A stretch of 64,000 nucleotides of DNA from an uncultured Prevotellaceae bacterium. Its GTDB lineage: Bacteria; Bacteroidota; Bacteroidia; Bacteroidales; Bacteroidaceae. The stretch lies in contig CACZCT010000001.1 of assembly GCA_902779745.1 (NCBI GenBank), positions 75 to 64,074 of the forward strand, read 5' to 3'. Of this stretch, positions 39,617-49,575 are shown in pieces (positions within the stretch are counted from its first letter, which is position 1; every line of letters starts with the position of its first letter). Both the position numbers and the translations under genes were made by a program. Under the pieces are notes generated by a model that saw nothing but the letters and a program-made list of their open reading frames with translations, made no database searches and was not told where the DNA came from.

Positions 39617-42079
39617 TTATTGAATGGAAAGTTGTGATCCGCTATAGTTAACGGTTATAACCTTGCCGTTGGGCAAGGTGACCACAAACTGCCGCTGCTC
39701 TGGCATCGTCCTGAACGTCCCCTCTCGTTGCCCGATAGTCAATCGCTGCTGACCGTCGTCCCACAGGAAGGTTATACGTGAACAGGCGCCCTGCTCATAG
39801 TCATTCGTATATCCGTCATCCTCATAGAGCGTATAGATCGCATCGGCACCGGGATAGACACGGATCTCCATGGGCGTGTGCAGCGTCTTAGAGGCGACAT
39901 AGGGATTGACGGCGAGGGGCAGGATACTGCCGCCACGGACGAAGACAGGGATACGTGTCTTGTCAATGGGAGTGGTGACTGTCTGTCCTCCGTCATAATA
40001 CTGTTTGGTACGGTAGTCATACCATCCCGCCGTGTTCTTAGGCAGGTAGGTCTTCCACGTCGTGACACCCGGTTCGGTGACCGGACTGACAAGCAGTGAC
40101 TTACCGAACATATACTCGTGTTTCTGGCGTAACGCCTCCTCATCACCGGTGAAGTCAAATACCAACGGGCGCATCAGTGTGGAGCCATCACTGGTGACGG
40201 CTGCCGCCTCCGTGTAGATATACGGCTGCAGATGGTAACGTTCCAACAGACAGTCCTTGATGATGTCCTGTGCCTCCTTGCCGTAGTTCCACGGTTCCGT
40301 ATTACTCATATAGCCATGGACACGCATCAGGGGCAAGTAGACAGAGGTCTCTATCCACCGCAACATCCTTTCGATATAATCGGGATTAGTATACTGGTCA
40401 CCAGGACGGAAGAAACCGCCGGCATCATAGGTCCACCAGGGGATGCCTGCCGCCTGCATGCCCAGTCCTGCCGTCAACTGGCGGCGGAACGTCTCCCAAT
40501 CGTTACCCACGTCACCCGACCACAGGGCAGAACCATAACGCTGGATACCAGGGAAGCCGCAACGGGTCAGGATCATCGGACGCTTCCCGGGCTGGTCGTG
40601 GCGCAGTCCCTCGTAGACCGTCTTGTTGACCAGCAGGGGATAGACATTACGGACCTCTTCACCAGACCATCTCTCGTGGTTGACGCGTCGCCCTGCCAGG
40701 TCGTCATTCTCAGGCTCTGTAGCATCCTGCCACCACGCGTCAATACCCAGCGGCAACAGTCGCTGACTGAAGTTCTGCCAATAAGATTGGGCAGCTTCCG
40801 GGGAGAAGAAGTCTATCCAGTCGGTTTCAGGGATATAGTGTCCCTCCTGTTCCATCTGTCGCCCCACTTCCGAATTCTTATCGATCTTCGACCATACGCT
40901 GACCATCAGTTTCACCCCCTGGTGGTGCAGACTGTCCGTCATCCGTTTCGGATCAGGGTAGTGGTCTTCGTCAAAGCGCATGGAGTTCCATCCGTATTTT
41001 CCCCAGTACTGCCAATCCTGTACAATGACATCCAGGGGCATCTCCTCCTGCTTGAAACGGTCGACGGTCTGCAGGATTTCGTCTTGGGAGTGGAAACGCT
41101 CCCGGCAGTGAATATAGCCTGTTGCCCAACGGGGTATCAGCGGAGCCTTGCCTGTCAGTTCACGATAAGTGGCGATAATTTCATCAGGGGTACCGATGAA
41201 CACGGTATAGTCTACACTTTTTGCGACGGGCGAATGGAATACCGTCTCGTCGATGACGGGGCGGTAGTAGACGACAGGCCGGTCGCCCTTCGATAGTTCC
41301 GCACTGAGGCGGTGCTTTCCCTTCTTGAGGTGTACGATGGTCGAGGCGGTAGGCGGAAGCCAGAGGTTCTGCATCTCAATGACCGTCTCTCCGTCGATAG
41401 TGAGGTGATGGCGGCGCGCCATCTTCTGTCCCACGTCAAGGAGCAAAGCATAGTTCCCCTCTTTCTTCACAGAGAACGTCGCCTTGTAGATATGCTGCTC
41501 GCGGACCTCCTGTTTTCCGCCCTCCGTGGAGGTGACGTTGACAATCTGGCTTTTGGCTTTCTGTCCTTGGCTATTGGCAAGGGTGAGGGTGACAGCCTGT
41601 CTGCTGGGATTGAACTCCGTGAGTCCGTAGTTGTTCCACAGCAGTCCATAGCCCTTGCTGGATACCATCATAGGGATGGATATCTGCGTGTTCACCTGTG
41701 TCAACCGACGGGAAAGTCCCCGGATATTATGATAGCCGTCCTGGAACTGTCCGAGTCCATAGAGGTACTCGTCTTTTGGGGAGGCGACGGCAAGGGAGGC
41801 ACCCCCGTTCTCCATCTGGTGACGGGTCGCCTTGAAGACGGGCTTGCCGTCGGGCGTCTTGACAACCAGTGTCCCATGGGTGTTATCCACTTCCACCTGA
41901 AGGTCGTTACCGACCTCCTCGTGATTGACATACAACCAGTCGGGCATAGTGTCCCGAACGGTTTTCTCGGTATACTGGACACGCACAGCATTCTTTGCCA
42001 CCTTCTTGACAGTCACCTGTCCGTTTCCGAACGGCTGTGCCATGGCACAGCATAAACATAATGAGGAAAATAGATTCAT
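39617..42079 (-). CDS. GH31 alpha-xylosidase
   Basis: YGLGQ, IVQDWQYW, WWQDATEPE, WSGDV, YDAGGF. Confidence 0.9.
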   Translation of the reverse strand: MNLFSSLCLCCAMAQPFGNGQVTVKKVAKNAVRVQYTEKTVRDTMPDWLYVNHEEVGNDLQVEVDNTHGTLVVKTPDGKPVFKATRHQMENGGASLAVASPKDEYLYGLGQFQDGYHNIRGLSRRLTQVNTQISIPMMVSSKGYGLLWNNYGLTEFNPSRQAVTLTLANSQGQKAKSQIVNVTSTEGGKQEVREQHIYKATFSVKKEGNYALLLDVGQKMARRHHLTIDGETVIEMQNLWLPPTASTIVHLKKGKHRLSAELSKGDRPVVYYRPVIDETVFHSPVAKSVDYTVFIGTPDEIIATYRELTGKAPLIPRWATGYIHCRERFHSQDEILQTVDRFKQEEMPLDVIVQDWQYWGKYGWNSMRFDEDHYPDPKRMTDSLHHQGVKLMVSVWSKIDKNSEVGRQMEQEGHYIPETDWIDFFSPEAAQSYWQNFSQRLLPLGIDAWWQDATEPENDDLAGRRVNHERWSGEEVRNVYPLLVNKTVYEGLRHDQPGKRPMILTRCGFPGIQRYGSALWSGDVGNDWETFRRQLTAGLGMQAAGIPWWTYDAGGFFRPGDQYTNPDYIERMLRWIETSVYLPLMRVHGYMSNTEPWNYGKEAQDIIKDCLLERYHLQPYIYTEAAAVTSDGSTLMRPLVFDFTGDEEALRQKHEYMFGKSLLVSPVTEPGVTTWKTYLPKNTAGWYDYRTKQYYDGGQTVTTPIDKTRIPVFVRGGSILPLAVNPYVASKTLHTPMEIRVYPGADAIYTLYEDDGYTNDYEQGACSRITFLWDDGQQRLTIGQREGTFRTMPEQRQFVVTLPNGKVITVNYSGSQLSIQ

Positions 42080-42252
42080 GTTGCAAAGATAGTGTAAAAT
42101 TTTGATTTAGTGAGTAAAAGAGAATGTAAAATGTATCATAAATGCCTATATGATGTAACATTTCTGAAAAAAGAGAAGCAAAACGGAAACAGGATAGCAG
42201 GAAAAATCGTATCTTTGTCATCATCATAAACCTACATAAACTATAAATTGAT

Positions 42253-43737
42253 ATGAAGAAAAACTTATTATTCGCGTTAACGCTGTTGCTCTTTGTGAGT
42301 TGTCAACCCAACCAGAAGGATGCGGACAATCCCATTCTAACCATTGAAGGCGGTCAGATACAGGGTGTATTAGCCGATAATCCCGGAGTGTATGTCTATC
42401 GTGGCATTCCCTATGCCGCTCCTCCCATCGGTGACCTGCGCTGGAAAGAGCCACAGCCCGTGGTGAAATGGGACAGCGTACGAATCTGTGACAAGTTCGG
42501 ACATCCTGGCTATCAGGCAGTGCATTATCCCGGTTTCTATGCCTCTGAATGGGGCTATGGCGACGAGGCTCCCTATAGCGAGGACTGTCTCTACCTGAAT
42601 GTATGGACAAAAGCTCCCGGTGATATCAACAGGAAACTCCCTGTCGCCCTGTGGATCCATGGTGGCGGTTACCGTGAGGGATGGGGCTCAGAGCCTGAGT
42701 TTGACGGACAAGAGTGGGCATCGAAGGATGTCGTGCTGGTGACCATCAACTACCGTCTGGGAATCTTCGGTTTCATGACGCATCCCGCACTTTCTGCAGA
42801 GAGTCCTCATCATGTGTCAGGCAACTATGGTATCCTTGACCAAATACAGTCGCTGATCTGGGTAAAGCAGAATATCGCCCAGTTTGGCGGAGACCCCGAC
42901 AACGTGACCATCTTCGGACAGAGTGCCGGAGCCGGCAGTGTACGCACCCTCTGTGAGTCACCGTTAACCCGTGGACTATTCCATAAGGCTGTCATCATGA
43001 GCGGCGGCGGCATCAACGTACCTGCCAAGGACGGTGAGGAGGGCAAGCCAGCCACCCCTGTCAATAAGTTCTTCACCTACAACCCCACCCTTGCCGAGAG
43101 TGAGGCTGAGACCAAGAAGGTGATGGACTGGGCAGGACTGACGGACATCACTAAGTTACGCGCAGCCTCCACGGAGATTATGTACACCATCCCACAGTTG
43201 TATAACATGGTGAACAAGACCGACGTGTTCCTGATGCAGCGTCCTATCGTGGAAGGATATGTATGTACGAAGAACTTCGATGAGGCGACCCGTGGCGGCA
43301 CCATCGCCGATATTCCCTATATGATCGGCTATACCTTGAACGACATGGGTGACATGGCTCCCGGTATCGCAGAGTTCTGTAAGGTGCGTAACGCTCAGGG
43401 CAAGAAGGCATGGGCGTATGAGTTTGCCCGTCCGTTACCCGACGACGGCAAGCATCCTGAGATTACCGACCGTCTGAAAGGTGCCTTCCACTCCTCCGAC
43501 CTGTGGTTTGTCTTCAAGTCGTTGAAACACTGCTGGCGTCCCTGGACACAAGGGGACTGGGACCTCACGGAGAAGATGCTGACCGCATGGACCAACTTCG
43601 CCAAGTACAGTGATCCTAATGGCAAGGAGGGCGGTGCATGGACACCTTGTACGACAGAGAGTCCGAAGTTCATGCTCTTCAAACTCGACGAGAAGGATGC
43701 GGAGCACTCGGAGATGGGGGATCCCATCAAGCCCTGA
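42253..43737 (+). CDS. Carboxylesterase type B, lipoprotein
   Basis: Lipobox FVSC; SEDCLYLNVW, HGGG, GQSAG, AFHSSD. Confidence 0.92.
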   Translation: MKKNLLFALTLLLFVSCQPNQKDADNPILTIEGGQIQGVLADNPGVYVYRGIPYAAPPIGDLRWKEPQPVVKWDSVRICDKFGHPGYQAVHYPGFYASEWGYGDEAPYSEDCLYLNVWTKAPGDINRKLPVALWIHGGGYREGWGSEPEFDGQEWASKDVVLVTINYRLGIFGFMTHPALSAESPHHVSGNYGILDQIQSLIWVKQNIAQFGGDPDNVTIFGQSAGAGSVRTLCESPLTRGLFHKAVIMSGGGINVPAKDGEEGKPATPVNKFFTYNPTLAESEAETKKVMDWAGLTDITKLRAASTEIMYTIPQLYNMVNKTDVFLMQRPIVEGYVCTKNFDEATRGGTIADIPYMIGYTLNDMGDMAPGIAEFCKVRNAQGKKAWAYEFARPLPDDGKHPEITDRLKGAFHSSDLWFVFKSLKHCWRPWTQGDWDLTEKMLTAWTNFAKYSDPNGKEGGAWTPCTTESPKFMLFKLDEKDAEHSEMGDPIKP

Positions 43738-43747
43738 TCTTTATTTA

Positions 43748-43774
43748 AAAAGCCTGGGCAATGCCCAGGCTTTT
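43748..43774. terminator. Bidirectional terminator
   Basis: aaaagcctgggca-a-tgcccaggctttt between convergent genes. Confidence 0.8.
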
Positions 43775-43797
43775 CTCTTGTGGTTGTCTCATCATAC

Positions 43798-44292
43798 TCA
43801 TTTAAAGGTGTACTCTGTATAGCTCTCACTCCGTCCATTCATTCGCAGTCGCTTCATGGCTGACGACTTGCTGTCGATGACAAGCACAAACGAGGTGAAC
43901 ATCTGGCGTTTCTTGCCCGTTGGTGTGATGGTGACAGTCTGCTCATTACCCGTTGTTGTCACCTTGATATCATTGCCCGTAGGGATAGGCTGTTGGTTGA
44001 TAACGGCTTTCAACACGGCGTGGAAGTCGGCGAATAGCGCATTCTTTCGGCTGTCAGTAACATTTTTCTTTCCTTTTTGTGTCATGGTAAACTTCGTACC
44101 GTCCATCAGCAACTGGTCCCGACCGCCATCTGTTGAAATACAGATATAGTCGGGTTTCTTGATGATTACCTCACCTGTCGTCACAACATCGGTCTTAACA
44201 GCCTTACTATGGGAAACCTTAGTAACAGGTTGCTGGGCATTAGCATAGCATGCCAGCAAACAAAATATTACAATCAGAAATTTTGCTTTCAT
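43798..44292 (-). CDS. LolA-like periplasmic lipid carrier
   Basis: Signal peptide; TGEVIIKKPD...LLMDG beta pattern; last gene of lipid operon. Confidence 0.6.
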   Translation of the reverse strand: MKAKFLIVIFCLLACYANAQQPVTKVSHSKAVKTDVVTTGEVIIKKPDYICISTDGGRDQLLMDGTKFTMTQKGKKNVTDSRKNALFADFHAVLKAVINQQPIPTGNDIKVTTTGNEQTVTITPTGKKRQMFTSFVLVIDSKSSAMKRLRMNGRSESYTEYTFK

Positions 44293-44322
44293 AACTCTTA
44301 ACTATTATCTCTTAACTATAAA

Positions 44323-45045
44323 CTAAGTATACAGTCCTCCATTGATTGATACTACATTTCCTGTGATATAACCAGCATTAGGCGATACCAGGAAAGCTAC
44401 CAGGTCGGCCACTTCCTCTGGCGTACCGAAACGATTGGCAGGAATCGTTTTCTTCAGTGCAGCCTCGTCCAGTCCCTCTGTCATATCCGTCTTGATAAAT
44501 CCTGGGGCTACGGCATTGACAGTAATGCCTCGGCGAGCAACCTCTTGTGCCAAAGCTTTTGTTGCAGCAATAATACCACCCTTCGCAGCTGAATAGTTCG
44601 TTTGTCCTGGCAGACCTTTCAGTCCGCTGACACTCGCCATGTTGACGATGCGTCCAAACTTATGCAACTGCATGGCCGGCAGCAGGGGCTGGGTGACATT
44701 ATAGAAGCCAGAGAGTGTGATGTCAAGTACACGGTGCCAGTCATCTTCAGGCATCAGCGCCATCACATTATCGCGACGAATACCCGCATTGTTGACAACC
44801 ACTTCTATATAATCCTCAGGATGACGGCTCTGCCAATCACTGAGAGCAGTGCGTGTCTGTTCGGCATTGCTGACATCGAAGCGCAATATCTCTCCATTGT
44901 CACCTGTTATTTCCAAAGTCTTCTGTGCCTCTGCTTCGTTGCTAGCATAATTGATGATGACTTGATAACCCTCCTGGGCCAGTTTTACGCAGATGGCTCG
45001 TCCGATACCTCGGCTACCACCTGTTACTAATGCATATTTACTCAT
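44323..45045 (-). CDS. fabG: 3-oxoacyl-ACP reductase
   Basis: TGGSRGIG, NNAGI, GQTNYSAAK, PGFIKTDM. Confidence 0.92.
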   Translation of the reverse strand: MSKYALVTGGSRGIGRAICVKLAQEGYQVIINYASNEAEAQKTLEITGDNGEILRFDVSNAEQTRTALSDWQSRHPEDYIEVVVNNAGIRRDNVMALMPEDDWHRVLDITLSGFYNVTQPLLPAMQLHKFGRIVNMASVSGLKGLPGQTNYSAAKGGIIAATKALAQEVARRGITVNAVAPGFIKTDMTEGLDEAALKKTIPANRFGTPEEVADLVAFLVSPNAGYITGNVVSINGGLYT

Positions 45046-46451
45046 ACTTTATAGTTCTTGATAGTGTCTATTGTGTTAAATGCAGTCCTTGTCACGCCCT
45101 CCAGTCCATGCAGTACCAGACTCTGGCCTGTCAGGAAGAGGTTTGGAATCGGTGTCTTGGGCGATAATATCGTCAGTAAAGGCTGGCGATAGTCTTTCCT
45201 GATACCAAAAGCCGAACCGCTGGGTGACAGCGTATAGTCACGCCATGTCAAAGGCGTACTGATATATTTTTTCTCAATCATGTCATGTAGCCCAGGTATA
45301 ACCCTTTCAGCCAAACGTATACATTCATCGGCAAGATGCTCCTTATGCAATTCGTAAATCTCACCACGACGACCGACCTTCGTGTCTTCCCACGTCTTAC
45401 AAAATGTCCATGGCATGGGTGTCAACAGGTCTATCTGTCTTGTATAACTACCTGTTTCAGGAACTTTGCAACTGATCATCACGCCTCCAGCCCCGCCAAT
45501 GTCCTCATAGAAGGTCCATACGTTGGCTTTCTTGTATACATATTTGTTATGATTGAAATAAGGCAGTGTATCAGGCTTCAATACCAGCGATGCCGTAAAA
45601 ATACCAAGGGTATTCTCCAAGGAATTGATGCGGCGGCGGAAGATACCCTTTAGCAGGTATGATTCCTTGATCCAGCTGAAGGTCAACTGTGGATGAACGT
45701 CACTGATGAAGATAGTTCCTTCATAAGTTTTTCCATGAGAACATTCTGCTGCAACAATCTTTCCGTCCTGCTCTTTCAACTCCTTCACCTCTGCATGACA
45801 GATGATTTCTCCGCCAAAGTCTTTGATATCTTTTATAAGTGAGTTGACTATCAGATTACCACTACCTTTCAGTCGCCAACTGCTCTGGATATAGCTGCTC
45901 ATACTATGGGCAAAATTGAACAGAGGCAAAGACTCGCGTCTCAGTTCCATCTTCATGGCTGTACCAGAAAGTACGTTGATGAGAAGTGGGTCATGGAAGA
46001 GGGTCTTCAGATAATTATAGGCACCTACCTGACTGATTTCCTCCATGGGGGGTAGGTGTTCAAGCATCTTTACATACTGTCTCAAACCATCCTTCTCATG
46101 GGGGAAGTATTCTCCCAGCGTGGCAGCGAAATGGTCGAATCCTTCTGCCAACGGGAAGGTCTGCCTGCCGATGGTTATCTGGTCGAAACCATCGACATCC
46201 AGTCTATGCCAGGGTAACCCCATCAATCCCAACTGTTGAAAGGCATCGTACAATGGCTGACCTTCTGCCAAACCACCTACATAATGGAGTCCTGTGTCAA
46301 AATCCATGTTGTCACGACGGTAGCTCTGCAGACAACCTCCAGGCTGTGCCTGCCGTTCCAGTACCAGCACACTCCTTCCAGACTGTGCCAACTGTCGGGC
46401 ACAGATCAGTCCCCCCAGTCCACTTCCTATTATGACAACATCATACTTCAT
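45042..46451 (-). CDS. FAD/NAD(P) oxidoreductase, phytoene desaturase/retinol saturase family
   Basis: IIGSGLGGL, FDTGLHYVG, STPLTWRDY, NLFLTGQ. Confidence 0.88.
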   Translation of the reverse strand: MKYDVVIIGSGLGGLICARQLAQSGRSVLVLERQAQPGGCLQSYRRDNMDFDTGLHYVGGLAEGQPLYDAFQQLGLMGLPWHRLDVDGFDQITIGRQTFPLAEGFDHFAATLGEYFPHEKDGLRQYVKMLEHLPPMEEISQVGAYNYLKTLFHDPLLINVLSGTAMKMELRRESLPLFNFAHSMSSYIQSSWRLKGSGNLIVNSLIKDIKDFGGEIICHAEVKELKEQDGKIVAAECSHGKTYEGTIFISDVHPQLTFSWIKESYLLKGIFRRRINSLENTLGIFTASLVLKPDTLPYFNHNKYVYKKANVWTFYEDIGGAGGVMISCKVPETGSYTRQIDLLTPMPWTFCKTWEDTKVGRRGEIYELHKEHLADECIRLAERVIPGLHDMIEKKYISTPLTWRDYTLSPSGSAFGIRKDYRQPLLTILSPKTPIPNLFLTGQSLVLHGLEGVTRTAFNTIDTIKNYKV

Positions 46452-48898
46452 TTCTTATAATGGTTGAGCCATCTGAATACAGCAGGTTGTAAGACGTATG
46501 CCAGTATGACGGCAGACAACAATCCGACAAGTGTAGAGAATCCGACACTGCGGATAGCGGGATGAGTAGCAATCAACATACTGCTGACCGTGGTAAGCAG
46601 GGTGACAGCACTCAGCAAAATAGCCGTCTTATGATATTGTAATTTATTATCTTTGTCTGAAATCAGCCCGTTCATCACAAAGATACTATAGTCCACTCCA
46701 ATACCAAAGATAAACGTGGAGATAATGATGCTGATGAGATTAAACCTCACGTCGAACAGTACCATAGCGCCCAGTACGATGAGCCAGCTGAGCAGGATGG
46801 GCATGAAGCCGAGTAACGTATGCTTCAAATTAAAATGGAAACTCAAGAGCAATACTACAAATACGAACAGCATAGAGAGCCATTGCAGTACGTTGAAGTC
46901 ATCATTCATCTGCAACAGCGTGTCCGTAGTATAATAATAGGTGTCGAGCACCAATAGGTTCGGATTGCTGGCAATGGCATCACAGATACGGATATAGTCA
47001 CTATCGCTACTACGCACGGAGTCATTGGCACAGCGTACAGAGGTGAAGCAGAGATAGTCACCACCATACGATTGTTCCATCATTGTTGACTGGTACCCCT
47101 CAGGTATCAGTCCTGCAGCATAGAGTGAGTCTGGCTCATAGTCGTTAGTAGCCGTCGTGAAGAAAGTATCAAAAGCCTCTGCATTGAGGTCGGCCTGCGG
47201 TGCTGTCTGGGCTATCAGCATGCACACCTTAGCCAGACGGTCCTGAGACCAGAAATTCTTCCATGCCTGAATACGTTCCTGCTGAACACGCATAGGTACG
47301 AATATCTGGTTGGTGCGAGTATAACTCTTCACCAGTCCCAATTGCTGCATGGAGTCAAGTTTATAGTCGAGGATGGCAAAATTTTCTACAGCCTCTTCCA
47401 TTGTCTTACCCTGACTGGCAAAATACTTAGTCTTGTCACCTGTATAGGTTTTCTTCCTAAGCAATTGTTCAGAGTATTCCGTCATATCGTCCAGATAGCC
47501 CAGATTATGCATATCGGCATCGAAGCGTATGCCGCCTACAAAGTAAGCTCCTACGCTAATGACAATAGCCAGGAATACAACAGCCAGCAAAGGCTTCTTC
47601 TGATCGAAAGGATAGCTATTGATGCGGTCGAGCCACTTAAAGGATGCTGGATTAACCTTGCTGCTGAGCATCTGAGGCAGATAGGTCAGCGAGAAGAGGG
47701 TTGTACCAAGAATGGCGAAAGCGGCAAACAGTCCGAAGTCTTGCAAGAGAGCCGTATTGATGAAAATTAGTCCTGCAAAGGACCCAATGGTAGTAATGCA
47801 TCCCAACAGCACTGGTTTTACCTGGTCACGCAACATCTTTTCTCCATCTCCTACATACTGGTGATGGGTTAGGATGTGGAGCACATAGCTCAGTGCCACT
47901 CCCAATACGACACCGCCAATACCTAAGGCCAATAGTGAGAACTCGCCCTTCAGCCAGTACATCATCGACAGTCCGAATAACGTACCGAAAACGACAGGGA
48001 GCAACAGCAAGGGAATGGTATCCCATCTGCGGAAACAGAATAGCAGGAACACCAGTACCAGCACCAGTGCCCCTGTGATGGTCGTCGTCAGATCATGTTT
48101 GATCTGTGTCGAGTTGTAATAGCCACTGGCGGGTGTACCGTGATAGGTAATACGTACATTGGGATGAGTAGTGGCAAACTGGCTAATCAGTTTGTTTAGC
48201 TGTTCAAAGAGTGCAGAGCCCTGTCCTGTATTCGTTGATGAGAAACGGGGAGTTATAAAAGCAATGCACACGGTAGAGTCAGGCACGAAGAAATGGTTGT
48301 CAATGGTCTGGTAACTGCCTGCACTCAACAGGGAAGTCATCTGTTCCACCAGAACATTGCGCATACCCATGGGATCCATCTCTATCAGTTCCGGGAACAT
48401 TTCTCCCACTTCACTCAACAGGTCTTCGTGGTTTTGCTGCATCTGTTGGACGAAATGTTCGCGAGTCAGCAAGGAGTCGAACCTGGCGTATGCCGTCGTG
48501 TCAATATAGGCTGGAAGATGGTTACTCAGATAATCAATAGCATCAGGTAGCAAGTCTTCGTCCAAACGATAAAAGATGTTACCGATGACGGAATCTTTGT
48601 CTGTTGCCAGCAATGAGTCCACGAAAGCATCACAGGTCTCATGGAGTACACCGGTTCCTGCGCCACCGGTATCTTCGAATAATAGGAATGTTTTGTCCTT
48701 GATCTTCAGGTCGGCAAAGGCCAGTTTAGTAGTACCGTCCCCATTTTTCGACGACGGCATCAGTTTGTTGATATCCTCCTCAAGGTGTATCTGTGTGGCA
48801 AAATAGCCAAAGAAGGCAAAAAGGGCTATCATTGACAGCCAGCAGACCAGTCGATGGTTACGGAAATAATGATAGATATGAATGAAGGAGTTTGTCAT
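46448..48898 (-). CDS. MMPL/RND-family lipid exporter
   Basis: Two TM bundles with periplasmic loops; GVALSY and GIGVDYSIF motifs. Confidence 0.88.
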   Translation of the reverse strand: MTNSFIHIYHYFRNHRLVCWLSMIALFAFFGYFATQIHLEEDINKLMPSSKNGDGTTKLAFADLKIKDKTFLLFEDTGGAGTGVLHETCDAFVDSLLATDKDSVIGNIFYRLDEDLLPDAIDYLSNHLPAYIDTTAYARFDSLLTREHFVQQMQQNHEDLLSEVGEMFPELIEMDPMGMRNVLVEQMTSLLSAGSYQTIDNHFFVPDSTVCIAFITPRFSSTNTGQGSALFEQLNKLISQFATTHPNVRITYHGTPASGYYNSTQIKHDLTTTITGALVLVLVFLLFCFRRWDTIPLLLLPVVFGTLFGLSMMYWLKGEFSLLALGIGGVVLGVALSYVLHILTHHQYVGDGEKMLRDQVKPVLLGCITTIGSFAGLIFINTALLQDFGLFAAFAILGTTLFSLTYLPQMLSSKVNPASFKWLDRINSYPFDQKKPLLAVVFLAIVISVGAYFVGGIRFDADMHNLGYLDDMTEYSEQLLRKKTYTGDKTKYFASQGKTMEEAVENFAILDYKLDSMQQLGLVKSYTRTNQIFVPMRVQQERIQAWKNFWSQDRLAKVCMLIAQTAPQADLNAEAFDTFFTTATNDYEPDSLYAAGLIPEGYQSTMMEQSYGGDYLCFTSVRCANDSVRSSDSDYIRICDAIASNPNLLVLDTYYYTTDTLLQMNDDFNVLQWLSMLFVFVVLLLSFHFNLKHTLLGFMPILLSWLIVLGAMVLFDVRFNLISIIISTFIFGIGVDYSIFVMNGLISDKDNKLQYHKTAILLSAVTLLTTVSSMLIATHPAIRSVGFSTLVGLLSAVILAYVLQPAVFRWLNHYKK

Positions 48899-49320
48899 TG
48901 CTGCATAAATATCTTAAGTTGAGCCTTGGCTATCAGTTCCTCACCGATACGACTCTCGCCTGTAGCTATTGTCACATTCCCGAAGACAAATCCAAATTCA
49001 ATGGTCGTTTCCACCTTTTCATCCTGACGGGGGCGCCTCTGACATTCGAAGCGCTTTACTTCACCAATGAGCCCTACAGGCGGATGATCCGTCTGTTGCT
49101 CTATAGCCGTACTACCCATCAATGCCGAACACGACTGGGCAATATGCTCTATCAGTCCTGTTTCCGACATGGTGCCGTCAGGCAACATAAAATAATTATC
49201 TGTACGAGCGGTAAGGTTAGTAACGGCATGGGTGCCGTCACTAACCTCTATCTCGTCCACCATGATAAATGGTTCACGCTGGGGTATCAGTCGCTTGATG
49301 TCTTCGTCCCGATACTTCAT
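48895..49320 (-). CDS. FabA/FabZ-like 3-hydroxyacyl-ACP dehydratase (ApeP-like)
   Basis: LIPQREPFIMVD, LIEHIAQ. Confidence 0.82.
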   Translation of the reverse strand: MKYRDEDIKRLIPQREPFIMVDEIEVSDGTHAVTNLTARTDNYFMLPDGTMSETGLIEHIAQSCSALMGSTAIEQQTDHPPVGLIGEVKRFECQRRPRQDEKVETTIEFGFVFGNVTIATGESRIGEELIAKAQLKIFMQQ

Positions 49321-49562
49321 GCAGGAATGTTCTGCTCAATGTAGTCGTACAGGTCGTTGAACGACTGGATCTTGTGCAACTCGCTCACGGGGATTGTCAC
49401 CTTGTAGTTTACCTGCAACAGGGCCACCATATCTACCAGACTCAGACTGTCAAGGCTTAATGTCTCCTTGATGTTTGCCTCTGGGGTGATGTCACTAACT
49501 TCTACTTCAAACTCGTTGGCGAGCAGTTCGTTGACCTGCTCAATAATCTCACTTCTTGTCAT
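49317..49562 (-). CDS. Acyl carrier protein
   Basis: Acidic 81 aa; LSLDSL phosphopantetheine site. Confidence 0.92.
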   Translation of the reverse strand: MTRSEIIEQVNELLANEFEVEVSDITPEANIKETLSLDSLSLVDMVALLQVNYKVTIPVSELHKIQSFNDLYDYIEQNIPA

Positions 49563-49575
49563 TGTTGTTTTGTTT

